A stretch of 64,000 nucleotides of DNA from Candidatus Shapirobacteria bacterium (GCA_037142555.1 JBAXAJ010000001.1:14835-78834), one strand, 5' to 3'. Shown: positions 29,735-39,842, counted from the stretch's first letter. Program-made: numbers and translations. The notes: generated by a model from the sequence alone, not told the origin.

Positions 29735-31074
29735 AAAAAGAAAAAAGAATACCAACTATTCTAGGTCTATTTTTACTTTTAGGGAGTATTCTTAGTGGAG
29801 TAGTTTTAAGTAACCAAAAAACTAGCTTTAAATCTAGCGCCAGTGGTGATTGTAATCCAATAAATCCTCAAGTGACTAACATCACCAATACTTCTTTTAA
29901 TGTTTCTTTTATAACTACAGCTAATTGTTTATCTAACATCAACATTGATAATAAAACGATTTCTGATCTTAGATTTATAAATACTGGTCGAAAAGAAAGT
30001 GCCACTAAAGTTCATTATTTTGAAGTTAATAACCTTAAAGAAGACACTAATTATCAATTTTCTTTAATAAATAACGGTCAAAAATTTGAGAGTCAAAACT
30101 ACAAAGGTCAAACCGCTAGAAAACCATCTAATTCTGTTCCAACTTCAAATTTAGCTTGGGGCCGAGTTTTTACTCCAGATCTCAAACCAGCAACTGACGC
30201 AATCGTTTATTTAAACACTGTTGGAGCTTCTCCACTTTCTGCTGTTGTCACTTCAAAAGGTTATTGGAACATTTCTCTTGCTACCAGTTTTAATGAAGCT
30301 AAAAATAATTGGTTCACTCCATCATCAGCCCAAAATGAGGATTTCATTGTTCTTTCTACTGAAAGTGATGCTACTCAAATAACTGGAAACACCTCTAACA
30401 ACAACCCAGTTCCAGACATAATTCTTGGTAAAAATGAGTTTTCTCCAAAACCAGTCACTGATTATGGAAATGAACAATCAGGTTATCTAAATTCAGTTCC
30501 TTCTTTCACCAACTCTGACAAAAGTCTAACTATTAGTAACCCTAAAGAAAATGAAGCTATTTTCACTCTAAAACCAGATTTCTTTGGTTCAGCTCCAGTT
30601 TCAGCAACTCTTGATATCCAGGTCGAATCAGAAAATGTCATTAAAGACCAGGTTAAATCTCAACCAGATGGTTCATGGAATTGGTCTCCACCTAAATCTC
30701 TAGTTCCAGGTGAACACACTATCACTATTACTGCTCTAAACCCAAAAACCAATATTCTAGAAAAAATTACTCGAAAATTTATTGTTGTTGCTGCTGATAA
30801 TAGTAAACCAGCTTTCAGTGCTTCTCAATCTGCTAAGATAACTACCATTCCAACTCCTACAATCACTATGGTTCCAACCATAATCCCAACAACAGCTCCA
30901 ACTCTAGTGCCAACTCTAAAAGCGACTCCAACTATAGAAGAAGAAATTCCGACTTTAAAACCAACAAAAATAAGCACCGCTTCATCTATGCCAGCCACTG
31001 GAGTTGGTTTCCCAACTTTCATTTTGATTGGATTCTCGGCTATCCTGCTGGTTATTTCATATTTTGTATTATAA
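29731..31074 (+). CDS. Cell-surface protein: signal peptide, Fn3-like and Ig/CarbopepD-like domains, Thr/Pro-rich stalk and a C-terminal sorting-signal-like anchor
   Basis: N-terminal signal/TM helix. The C-terminus has a PT-rich linker, then SMPATG followed by a hydrophobic helix (VGFPTFILIGFSAILLVISYFVL), which is LPxTG-like or PGF-CTERM-like. Confidence 0.55.
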   Translation: MKKEKRIPTILGLFLLLGSILSGVVLSNQKTSFKSSASGDCNPINPQVTNITNTSFNVSFITTANCLSNINIDNKTISDLRFINTGRKESATKVHYFEVNNLKEDTNYQFSLINNGQKFESQNYKGQTARKPSNSVPTSNLAWGRVFTPDLKPATDAIVYLNTVGASPLSAVVTSKGYWNISLATSFNEAKNNWFTPSSAQNEDFIVLSTESDATQITGNTSNNNPVPDIILGKNEFSPKPVTDYGNEQSGYLNSVPSFTNSDKSLTISNPKENEAIFTLKPDFFGSAPVSATLDIQVESENVIKDQVKSQPDGSWNWSPPKSLVPGEHTITITALNPKTNILEKITRKFIVVAADNSKPAFSASQSAKITTIPTPTITMVPTIIPTTAPTLVPTLKATPTIEEEIPTLKPTKISTASSMPATGVGFPTFILIGFSAILLVISYFVL

Positions 31075-31080
31075 TAGGTT

Positions 31081-32013
31081 GTGATAAAAATGAGTAAAAA
31101 AATTAAGAGTTACATCCAATCTTTGCGTCCTGTTCAATGGATTAAAAATTTAAATCTATTTGCAGCCGCAATTTTAAACGGTCAATTAACTAATTTTGAA
31201 GTTTTTTCCAAAAGCATTTTTGCTTTCATAGTTTTTTGTCTACTTTCTTCCGCTTCTTATTTAATTAATGACTTAATTGACATTAATAAAGATCGACTCC
31301 ATCCAACTAAAAAGAACAGACCTCTTGCTCATGGTGACATTTCTGAATCAAGTGCAGTTTTTCTAGCCATAACTCTAATTTTCATTGGCCTATCACTATC
31401 AATTTTCATTAATTTTGGCTTCTTTCTTATTTCCATATTATTTATAGTTCTTCAGCTAACCTATTCTTTCCTACTTAAAAAGAAAGCCATTCTCGACATT
31501 ATAACTATTGCTGCCTCATTTATTTTAAGAGCTTATGCCGGTGAAATCGCCACTGGTTACCATCTTCCAGTTTGGATAATGTTAACAGTTATCTTTTTAT
31601 CTCTATTCATTGCTAGTGGTAAAAGAAGAAGTGAACTTTTCAACACTGGTGTCACCACTCGCAGTGCTCTTAAAGGCTATCGTAAAAGCTTACTAAGTTT
31701 TTATACCACCATGTTCGCTGTTTGTACTCTAATCACCTACGCCATGTTTACTTTCTTTGAAGAGTCAGTCACTTTCGCTGGATCTGGTTTTTTACATCAA
31801 TTTATTATAGATAATTTTCCTAATGCTATAAATCGAAAATGGTATATGGTCACTCTTCTCCCAGTGATTTTTGGAATAATGCGTTATGGTCAAGTTATTT
31901 TTGAAATGCAAGAAGGTGAGAGACCTGAGAGGGTTGTTTCTACTGACATTCCACTATTGTTTTCAGTTCTAATTTGGGGCTTAATGATGATAACTATCAT
32001 TTATGTCATCTAA
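31081..32013 (+). CDS. UbiA-family prenyl-phosphate phosphoribosyltransferase, decaprenyl-phosphate 5-phosphoribosyltransferase (DPPR synthase)-like
   Basis: N-terminal LRPVQWIKNLNLFAA, which resembles the RPxQWxKN start of DPPR synthases (Rv3806c type). Asp-rich NDLIDINKDRLHPTKKNRPLA. ~8 TM helices. Confidence 0.65.
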   Translation: MIKMSKKIKSYIQSLRPVQWIKNLNLFAAAILNGQLTNFEVFSKSIFAFIVFCLLSSASYLINDLIDINKDRLHPTKKNRPLAHGDISESSAVFLAITLIFIGLSLSIFINFGFFLISILFIVLQLTYSFLLKKKAILDIITIAASFILRAYAGEIATGYHLPVWIMLTVIFLSLFIASGKRRSELFNTGVTTRSALKGYRKSLLSFYTTMFAVCTLITYAMFTFFEESVTFAGSGFLHQFIIDNFPNAINRKWYMVTLLPVIFGIMRYGQVIFEMQEGERPERVVSTDIPLLFSVLIWGLMMITIIYVI

Positions 32014-33508
32014 AATTTTCAATCTAAAAGTAATCACTTTCAGTCTTCTCGTTTTTCTAATAATTTTCACTCGTTTTATAAAATTAGATTGGGGGAATTC
32101 CTTCTTTTTTAATCCTGATGAGAACAACATGGCTTCTTCCATTTTCCAAATGACTTCTTCTAATTTAAATCCCAATTTTTTTGCCTATGGCCAATTTCCT
32201 TTATATTTAACTTTTTTTACTACTCCAAAACATGATTTTCAAAACATTATTTTAACTCTTCGTTTTTGGTCAGCCACTTTTTCTTGTCTTTCTATTTTAT
32301 TTTTATATTTAATTTCCAAAAATATTTTTAAAGACATTTTTTCTAGACTAGCTTTTATTATTTTATTAATTTTTAATCCAGGTCTAATTCAACTTTCTCA
32401 TTTTGGGACTACTGAATCAATTTTGATATTTGTTTTTATTTTAAATATTTATCTGTCTCAAAAATTTTTAAAAAATAGAAAAATTATTTATATAATTTTA
32501 GCTGCCGTAGTCAGTGGGATAGGTCTAGCTTCTAAAATATCAGCTCTGATTTTAACTGTTCCAATATTTTTAACTTTATTATTTACTTTAATTAAAAATA
32601 AAAAAATAATAAATTTTTTATTAAATACAGTTATATTTGTTGCTTTAACTTTATTTGTTATAACTCTTTTTTCACCATTTAATTTTTTAAACAGTGGGGA
32701 ATTCATTTCTTCAATGAATTATGAAATTTCTGTTGCCACTGGAAACATTAAAGTTTTTTATACTAATCAATTTTTAAATTCTCTCCCATATATTTTCCAA
32801 ATTAAAAATATATTCCCATATACTAATGGGATTTTTGTTTTCATTTTCTCTGGACTTGGTTTAATTTATTTTATTAAAAATAAAAATTATAAAGAATTAA
32901 AGTGGCTTTTAATTTTAATTCCATGTTTAATTTATTTTCTTTATAACGGTCAACTCTATACAAAATGGACTCGTTTTATGTCACCAATTTTTTTCCTTTT
33001 CCCACTTTTAACTGTTTATTTTATTAATCAATTTAAAACTAAATTTATAAAATATTTATTAGTTTTTATTTCTATAATCCCTGGGGTTGTTTTTCTTAAT
33101 CTATATTTCCAACCAGACATCAGGTTAACTGCTTCTAATTGGATTAATAAAAATATTTCTCAAGATTCAAAGATATTAAGTGAAAGTGGCAATGTCATAA
33201 ATATACCTCTAAAAAATAATAATCTTCAAGTTAATAATTTTGATTTTTATAAAAGTGAAAATATAAATAATTTATCAACAGAAATAAATAATAGTAATTA
33301 TATTTTTGTGCCTTCTCGTCGTGTTTTTAAAAATAATTTTCCAGAAACTAAAAAATATTATCAAGATTTGTTTTCCGGTTCTCTAGGCTTTTCCAAAATC
33401 CAAGAATTCAAAACAAACATTGATTTTTTATTAAATTCAGAAAATGCTGAAGAAACTTGGAGTGTTTTCGATCATCCAACTATTAGAATTTTTAAAAAAA
33501 ATGTTTAA
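32003..33508 (+). CDS. GT-C fold membrane glycosyltransferase (GT39/GT83 PMT/ArnT-like)
   Basis: Loop-1 pattern NPDENNMASSIF...GQFPLYLTFF...TLRFWSATFSCLSILFLYLISK. Polytopic with a C-terminal soluble domain. Confidence 0.6.
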   Translation: MSSKIFNLKVITFSLLVFLIIFTRFIKLDWGNSFFFNPDENNMASSIFQMTSSNLNPNFFAYGQFPLYLTFFTTPKHDFQNIILTLRFWSATFSCLSILFLYLISKNIFKDIFSRLAFIILLIFNPGLIQLSHFGTTESILIFVFILNIYLSQKFLKNRKIIYIILAAVVSGIGLASKISALILTVPIFLTLLFTLIKNKKIINFLLNTVIFVALTLFVITLFSPFNFLNSGEFISSMNYEISVATGNIKVFYTNQFLNSLPYIFQIKNIFPYTNGIFVFIFSGLGLIYFIKNKNYKELKWLLILIPCLIYFLYNGQLYTKWTRFMSPIFFLFPLLTVYFINQFKTKFIKYLLVFISIIPGVVFLNLYFQPDIRLTASNWINKNISQDSKILSESGNVINIPLKNNNLQVNNFDFYKSENINNLSTEINNSNYIFVPSRRVFKNNFPETKKYYQDLFSGSLGFSKIQEFKTNIDFLLNSENAEETWSVFDHPTIRIFKKNV

Positions 33509-35231
33509 GAAATTTTGGGACATTAATAAAGAAAAATTTTTACTTCTGTTATTTTTAGTGACAGCCTTCAGTTTGAGGATTTTTAATATTAATTGGGATC
33601 AAGGTCAGCATCTCCACCCAGACGAAAGGTTCATGACCATGGTCTCTTCAGACATCAGATTGCCTCAAAATATTATTCAATATTTTGATACCAACACTTC
33701 ATCTCTAAACCCCACTAACAAAAAATATGACTTTTATGTTTATGGGACAGTTCCTCTTATTGTGACTCGTTTTGTTGCTCAAGTTCTTAATATGACAGAC
33801 TATAATAATATTTTTATAGTCGGTCGAGTCTTGTCTGCAATTTTTGATACCTTAATTATTTTTATTCTCTACAAGATTGGTAAACTTTTAAAACTACAAA
33901 AACGAATCATTTTTATTTCTCTATTTTTCTATTCTTTCGCAATTCTCCCAATTCAACTTTCACACTTTTTCACAGTAGACACTTTCACTGTCTTTTTTTC
34001 TACCCTTAGTGTCTATCTTTTCCTAAGCTTTTTAGAAAAAAGAAAATGGTGGAGGCTAGCTCTTTGTGGTCTAATTTTTGGAATAGCCCTAGCCAGCAAA
34101 ATTTCTATAATTATTACTTTGCCACTATTTTTAATTTATTTAATAATTATTAATTTAAAGAATTTTAGAAAAATACTTTTATATGGATCAATATTTTTAC
34201 TATCAATATTTTTATCTTTCAGAATTTTCCAACCATATGCTTTCAATGGTGTAGTCAATTTTTCTCCAACTTTCATTAAATCAACTTCTATTGCTCACCA
34301 AATGGTCACTGGGGAATATAAATATCCACCAAATATCCAATGGCAAAACACAATTCCAATTATTAATCCATTAATAGACATTTTTATTTTTGCTCTAGGG
34401 CCGATAATTACTCTTTTGAGTTTTTATGGATTTTATATCGCGTTTTTTAAATTTAAATCTAAGAAAAAGTTTCTAGCTTTATTCATAATTCTTTTTTGTG
34501 ATTTTGTTTTTTTCTACCAAGGAATTCAACTAGCTAAATACCTAAGATACTTCTATCCAATTTTTCCATTTTTAGTTTTGTTTGCTGCAATTGGATTTAA
34601 CGCTTTAATAAAATTTAAAAAAATCCAATTAATTTTATTAATTTTGATTGTTCTAAATACTCTATTTTTTATTAATATTTATCTTCAAACCAATTCTCGA
34701 ATTTCTGCTTCTAATTGGATTTGTGAAAATTTTAAAAAAGGGTCAACAATTACCAGTGAGACTTGGGACGATTCTTTGCCTTTAAATTTAAACTCTGGAT
34801 GTAACTCAATAAACTATAAATCTCTGCCTTTAGATCTATATGCTTCTGATAAACCTCAAAAATGGCAGAAACTAGATCAACAATTTAAAGATGCTAATTA
34901 TCTAATTTTATCTTCAAATCGCCTCTGGGCTTCAATCCCTAATTCATCTCAACAATATCCAATAACTGCTCAATTTTATAAAGATTTATTTGACAATAAA
35001 CTAGCTTTTTCTAAAATTAAAACTTTTTATTCTTATCCAGGTCTAAGTCTTCCAATCAACGGTTGTTTTTTAATTGGTCTAAAAAACTATCCTTCTAATC
35101 AAAATAATAGTTCATTTTTTGAATTTGATAAAAATTGTCAAAATCCAGGTTTCTATTTTCGTGATGACATTTCTCAAGAGTCATTCACTGTTTATGATCA
35201 TCCTCAAGTTATAATTTTCAGTCGTAATTAA
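33501..35231 (+). CDS. GT-C fold membrane glycosyltransferase-like protein
   Basis: HPDERFMTMV...GTVPLIVTRF...GRVLSAIFDTLIIFILYKIG. ~12 TM helices and a C-terminal domain. The start ATG at 33501 overlaps the upstream stop (ATGTTTAA). The track ORF from 33444 is an extension. Confidence 0.55.
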   Translation: MFKKFWDINKEKFLLLLFLVTAFSLRIFNINWDQGQHLHPDERFMTMVSSDIRLPQNIIQYFDTNTSSLNPTNKKYDFYVYGTVPLIVTRFVAQVLNMTDYNNIFIVGRVLSAIFDTLIIFILYKIGKLLKLQKRIIFISLFFYSFAILPIQLSHFFTVDTFTVFFSTLSVYLFLSFLEKRKWWRLALCGLIFGIALASKISIIITLPLFLIYLIIINLKNFRKILLYGSIFLLSIFLSFRIFQPYAFNGVVNFSPTFIKSTSIAHQMVTGEYKYPPNIQWQNTIPIINPLIDIFIFALGPIITLLSFYGFYIAFFKFKSKKKFLALFIILFCDFVFFYQGIQLAKYLRYFYPIFPFLVLFAAIGFNALIKFKKIQLILLILIVLNTLFFINIYLQTNSRISASNWICENFKKGSTITSETWDDSLPLNLNSGCNSINYKSLPLDLYASDKPQKWQKLDQQFKDANYLILSSNRLWASIPNSSQQYPITAQFYKDLFDNKLAFSKIKTFYSYPGLSLPINGCFLIGLKNYPSNQNNSSFFEFDKNCQNPGFYFRDDISQESFTVYDHPQVIIFSRN

Positions 35232-35265
35232 TTAATTTGGCTAAATAATTGTTACAATATTTAAA

Positions 35266-35844
35266 ATGTTAGCTCACTTAAAAAAAACTTTTCTCTTTTG
35301 GCAACCACGCTTTGATTTTTTAAAATGGCTTGAATCAACCAAGGCAGGTCAATATGTAATGATTTTTTTGAACTATATTATTTGGTTCTTTTTTATTTTT
35401 ATTTCTTTTATTTTAGTTCATAAAAACAGCAACATTTTTTGGTCACTTTTAGTTATTACTGTAATAGCCGAACTCATTGAAAGATATATCAAAACCAATT
35501 TTTTTTGGTGTCGTCCAATGTTCATTAAAAAAGATGAAGTCCCAAAAGGTTTAGTAAAAAGTTGGTACAAAACAGGCAGTTTTCCTTCTGGTCACACCAT
35601 GAAATCTGCTTATTTTCTTTTATTTTTAATTCAGAATCAAGTTTTTTCTCCGACTGTTTTCTTAATTATTGTAGTTCCATTATTATTTTTTAGAGTCTTA
35701 GTTGGTTTCCATTATCCAATTGATATTTTAGGCGGTATTTTAATTGGTTTTATTCTTTGGTTTTTTATTAAAGATATAGTTTTCCCTGATTTCATGGTTA
35801 ATTCTATTAAGGTAATTTTTGATTATATTTATTCAATTTTTTAG
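35266..35844 (+). CDS. PAP2-superfamily lipid phosphate phosphatase
   Basis: KxxxxxxRP (KTNFFWCRPMF), PSGH (SFPSGHTM) and a downstream HxxxD-region (FHYPIDILGG). 6 TM helices. Confidence 0.7.
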   Translation: MLAHLKKTFLFWQPRFDFLKWLESTKAGQYVMIFLNYIIWFFFIFISFILVHKNSNIFWSLLVITVIAELIERYIKTNFFWCRPMFIKKDEVPKGLVKSWYKTGSFPSGHTMKSAYFLLFLIQNQVFSPTVFLIIVVPLLFFRVLVGFHYPIDILGGILIGFILWFFIKDIVFPDFMVNSIKVIFDYIYSIF

Positions 35845-35846
35845 AA

Positions 35847-37901
35847 ATGTTTTCCGATTTAAAGTTCATCATTTTTTGGTGGTTAATTATATTTCTATTA
35901 GGAACTATTTCTTTACCTCTAATTTTTGCTTTGTTTAAAAAATTTTGGGACAAAGGATACATTTTTTCTAAGATAATTTCCATATCACTAATAACTTATT
36001 TAATTTTTATTTTAGGGGTAATTAAACTTTTACCTTTCACTAATCTTTCTCTATTTATCATAATTCTATTTTTAATATTAATTAATGTTTTTTACTTTAT
36101 TAAATTTAAAAAGTTAGCCGAATTTCTAGAAGTTATCAAATCAAAATATAAAGTATTTATTTTTCAAGAATTATTATTTTTAGTTATTTTAGTCAGTTGG
36201 TCTCTAGTTCGTGGCTTTAACCCAGACATTGAAGGTCTAGAAAAATTTATGGATTGGGGATTCATAAATTCAGCTCTAAGGAGTACTTACATGCCGCCAA
36301 TTGATATGTGGTTTTCTGGATCTCCAATAAATTATTATTATTTTGGTCATCTAATTTTTGCTGTTTTAACAAAACTTTCTTCAATCACTTCTGCCATAAC
36401 TTACAATCTTTCTATTGCCACAGTTTGTGCCCTGACTTTTGTTAGTGCTTTTTCTCTTTCTTCAAATTTAGTCTATATTTTTTCTAAAAAAACTTCCAAA
36501 CTAAAAACAATAATTTTTTGTGGCCTAATTTCCGCTCTGCTTTTAACTTTTGGCGGGAACCTTCACCCACTTTATAAAGCTATCACCAAACCAGAACCTC
36601 TTCCTAAATTTGTTTCAACTTATTGGTATCCAGACGCCACTCGTTTTATCGGTTTTGACCCTGATACTCAAGACAAAACTATTCATGAATTCCCAAGTTA
36701 TAGTTTTGTGGTCGCTGATCTTCATGGTCATATGAACGACATCCCTGTAATTTTATTTTTTTGCGCCATGATTTTTTCTCTAAGTCTTTCTATTTTTAAG
36801 AAAATTTTTAATTGGAAATTAATCATTAGTTCAGGTCTAGTTCTATCAATTGCCTACATGACCAATGCTTGGGATTTTGCTATTTATGGGATTCTATTCG
36901 CTATTTTTATTTTCATTTCGAATCTTTCTAAAACTAATTTTTTAGAAGCTTTCAATAAAACTGTTTTAAATGGTCTTCTGGTAATAATTTTTTGGTATCT
37001 CTTTTCACTCCCTTTTTCTCTTAACTTTACACCCATGGCTCAAGGCCTTCGTTTCTCAGATGTCCACACGCCTTTCTATCAATTATCTATTTTATATGGT
37101 GGTTTTTGGTTAATTTGTCTACCTTTCCTTTTATATTTAATTTATTCAATAGTTAAAAAACTAAAAATTAAAAACTCAGATTTTTTTGTTTTAAGTTTAA
37201 TAGTCACAGCTACTATTCTAGTTATCATTCCAGAAATTTTCTACATTAAAGACATTTACATAAATGAATATCGTCGAGCTAACACTATGTTCAAGTTAGT
37301 TTATGAGGCTTTCATTATGTATTCAATTTCGGCTGGATATATTTTATTCCGACTGACTCGATCAAAGAATTTAATTTTTCCTAATCTCTATAAATTAATC
37401 TTTTTCCTTATTTTTATAGTTCACATGAGCTATCCATATTTTTCTATTAAATCTTTTTATACTTTTAAATCTTATAAAGGTCTATGGGGTCTAAACTATT
37501 TGAAAGAATCATATCCAGACAATTTAAAAGCTATCAATTGGATTAATCAAAATATTAAAGGGCAACCAGTTATGTTAGAAGCAACAGGTGATAGTTACAC
37601 CACTTTTAATCAGATATCTGTTGCCACAGGTCTGCCAACCATAGAAGGCTGGTTAGTCCATGAATGGTTGTGGCGTGGTGGTTATGATAAACCTGGTGCT
37701 CGCCAAGAAGAAGTCAAAAAAGTTTATGAAGACGAAAATTTAGATGAAGTCAAAACTATTCTTCAAAAACATAAAGTTGAATATATCTTTGTCGGTGCCA
37801 AAGAACATGAAAAATACCCAAATTTAGACGATAAAAGATTTCAAAAAATTGGTGGCGAAATTATCTTTCAATCAAGTAATACTAAAATCTATAAAATTTA
37901 A
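35847..37901 (+). CDS. YYY-domain membrane protein (Chlor_Arch_YYY / DUF2298), putative GT-C-like glycosyltransferase
   Basis: 684 aa. Many TM helices. SPINYYYFGHLIFAVL motif. C-terminal ~150-aa soluble domain. Confidence 0.5.
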   Translation: MFSDLKFIIFWWLIIFLLGTISLPLIFALFKKFWDKGYIFSKIISISLITYLIFILGVIKLLPFTNLSLFIIILFLILINVFYFIKFKKLAEFLEVIKSKYKVFIFQELLFLVILVSWSLVRGFNPDIEGLEKFMDWGFINSALRSTYMPPIDMWFSGSPINYYYFGHLIFAVLTKLSSITSAITYNLSIATVCALTFVSAFSLSSNLVYIFSKKTSKLKTIIFCGLISALLLTFGGNLHPLYKAITKPEPLPKFVSTYWYPDATRFIGFDPDTQDKTIHEFPSYSFVVADLHGHMNDIPVILFFCAMIFSLSLSIFKKIFNWKLIISSGLVLSIAYMTNAWDFAIYGILFAIFIFISNLSKTNFLEAFNKTVLNGLLVIIFWYLFSLPFSLNFTPMAQGLRFSDVHTPFYQLSILYGGFWLICLPFLLYLIYSIVKKLKIKNSDFFVLSLIVTATILVIIPEIFYIKDIYINEYRRANTMFKLVYEAFIMYSISAGYILFRLTRSKNLIFPNLYKLIFFLIFIVHMSYPYFSIKSFYTFKSYKGLWGLNYLKESYPDNLKAINWINQNIKGQPVMLEATGDSYTTFNQISVATGLPTIEGWLVHEWLWRGGYDKPGARQEEVKKVYEDENLDEVKTILQKHKVEYIFVGAKEHEKYPNLDDKRFQKIGGEIIFQSSNTKIYKI

Positions 37902-37919
37902 GTATAGTTAATTTTACTC

Positions 37920-39824
37920 ATGACGAATATTCTAGAAGGACTAAACCCGCAACAACTTGAGGCCGTGACCTACACTGGCTCACCACTCCTACTATTAGCC
38001 GGAGCTGGTTCTGGAAAAACTCGAGTCTTAACTCATCGAGCGGCATATTTTATTGAAAAAAAATTAGCCAAACCTTCTGAAATTCTATTACTGACTTTTA
38101 CTAACAAAGCCGCTGAGGAAATGAAGAAACGAATGCAAAAATTATTATCAAATGTACAGGCAATTAATGAATCGCCCCTCCAAAAAAATAATATTTTTGC
38201 TGGGACTTTTCATTCTTTTTGTTGTCGAGTTTTAAGAGCCGATGGTCAAAATATTGGCGTTTCCCCTAATTTTGCAATTTATGACTCCAACGATCAGGAA
38301 AACATGGTTAAAAGAATTTTAATTGATATGGGCTTAACAGCTAAAGAATTTAAACCATCAAGTTTGCTCTACTACATTGAAGGAGCCAAAAATACTTTTC
38401 AAACTCCAAAAGACATGCAACTTCAAAGCCATGGTTTTTGGCAAGAATATGCCGCCAAAGTTTATGCTAATTATCAAAAAAAATTAGCTGAATTTCATGC
38501 TCTAGATTTCAATGATCTTCTTTTTAAAACAGTTGAACTTTTCATGGAGAATCCAGAAGTTTTAGCTAAATATCAAGAAATCTATAAATTCATTATGGTT
38601 GATGAGTATCAAGACACTAACCAAATTCAATATCTTCTAACCAAATTATTAGCCAATAAATATAAACAAATAACTGCTGTCGGTGATGCTGCTCAAGCTA
38701 TTTATGGTTGGCGAGGAGCTGATTATCGTAATTTAATTAGTTTCACTACTGATTTCAAAAATGTAAAAGTAATTAATCTTGAAGAAAACTATCGTTCCAC
38801 CAACATTATTCTAGATGCAGCTAATTCAATTATTTCTAAAAATAATTCTCATCCAGTTTTAAAACTATTCACTAAAAAAGTTTCTGAAGATAAAATAAAA
38901 ATTTTTGAGGCCGAATCAGAAGTTTCAGAAGCCGATTATGTCACCGATAAAATAAAATTTATTAATGATAATTTAAGAATTCCTTTAAGAAATATAGCCG
39001 TTCTTTATAGGATGAACGCTCAATCTCGAGTTATTGAAGAAGCCTTTTTAAGACAATCATTGCCATATGTTCTACTAGGGGGAACTCGTTTTTATGAAAG
39101 AGCTGAAATCAAAGATATTCTAGCCATGCTTCGTTTCACCAATGACCAAGCCGATAAATTATCAGAAGAACGAGTTGGTAAAGCAATCGGTAAGAGGCGG
39201 CTAGTCACTTTTAAAGAACATCTCAATAATCTCGATATTAAAGACATGACTTCTCTAGAAATTTTAGAATCATTAGTCGTTAATTCTGATTATTTAAAGA
39301 AATTCGATCCTAAAGATGAAGAAGACCAAAAACGAATTGAAAACATTAAAGAGTTAAAATCAGTTGCCACTGCTTATCCAAAGCTAAGTGATTTTCTAGA
39401 AAATATTGCTCTCGTTCAACAAGAATATTCTCAACAAGAAAAAAATAAAAAGAAAGAAAATAAAGATGGAGTCAGATTAATGACTCTTCATGGAGCTAAA
39501 GGTCTAGAATTTGAAGTTGTCTTTTTAGTCGGTTTTGAAGAGGGAATTTTGCCTCATTCTCGAAGTCTAATTGAAGAATCTGAAATTGAAGAAGAGCGTC
39601 GTCTTTGTTATGTTGGTGTCACTCGAGCCAAAGATTATCTTCACATTTCTTATGCCAATAAACGCCTATTTTTTGGTAAAAGCAGTTTAAATGAGCCAAG
39701 CCGATTTTTAGCAGACATCCCATCAGAATTAGTTGAATTCGAAGAATCCATAACCAGAGACTACCGCCGACCAAAGAAATCAAAAGACGATGATGATTTT
39801 ATTTATGATTCAGATATATATTAA
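37920..39824 (+). CDS. pcrA: ATP-dependent DNA helicase PcrA/UvrD (SF1)
   Basis: GAGSGKT Walker A. DEYQDTN. motif III VGDAAQAIYGWRGA. YRS. GLEF. VGVTRA. Confidence 0.85.
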   Translation: MTNILEGLNPQQLEAVTYTGSPLLLLAGAGSGKTRVLTHRAAYFIEKKLAKPSEILLLTFTNKAAEEMKKRMQKLLSNVQAINESPLQKNNIFAGTFHSFCCRVLRADGQNIGVSPNFAIYDSNDQENMVKRILIDMGLTAKEFKPSSLLYYIEGAKNTFQTPKDMQLQSHGFWQEYAAKVYANYQKKLAEFHALDFNDLLFKTVELFMENPEVLAKYQEIYKFIMVDEYQDTNQIQYLLTKLLANKYKQITAVGDAAQAIYGWRGADYRNLISFTTDFKNVKVINLEENYRSTNIILDAANSIISKNNSHPVLKLFTKKVSEDKIKIFEAESEVSEADYVTDKIKFINDNLRIPLRNIAVLYRMNAQSRVIEEAFLRQSLPYVLLGGTRFYERAEIKDILAMLRFTNDQADKLSEERVGKAIGKRRLVTFKEHLNNLDIKDMTSLEILESLVVNSDYLKKFDPKDEEDQKRIENIKELKSVATAYPKLSDFLENIALVQQEYSQQEKNKKKENKDGVRLMTLHGAKGLEFEVVFLVGFEEGILPHSRSLIEESEIEEERRLCYVGVTRAKDYLHISYANKRLFFGKSSLNEPSRFLADIPSELVEFEESITRDYRRPKKSKDDDDFIYDSDIY

Positions 39825-39842
39825 TCTTGTTAAAATACAACT

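Noticed and set aside
33444-33500. Upstream extension of the third GT-C ORF, and a similar extension at 55497-55586 for grpE
   Set aside because: Both overlap the preceding gene. Internal ATGs give starts abutting the upstream stop (ATGTTTAA at 33501, MPKDLK at 55587).
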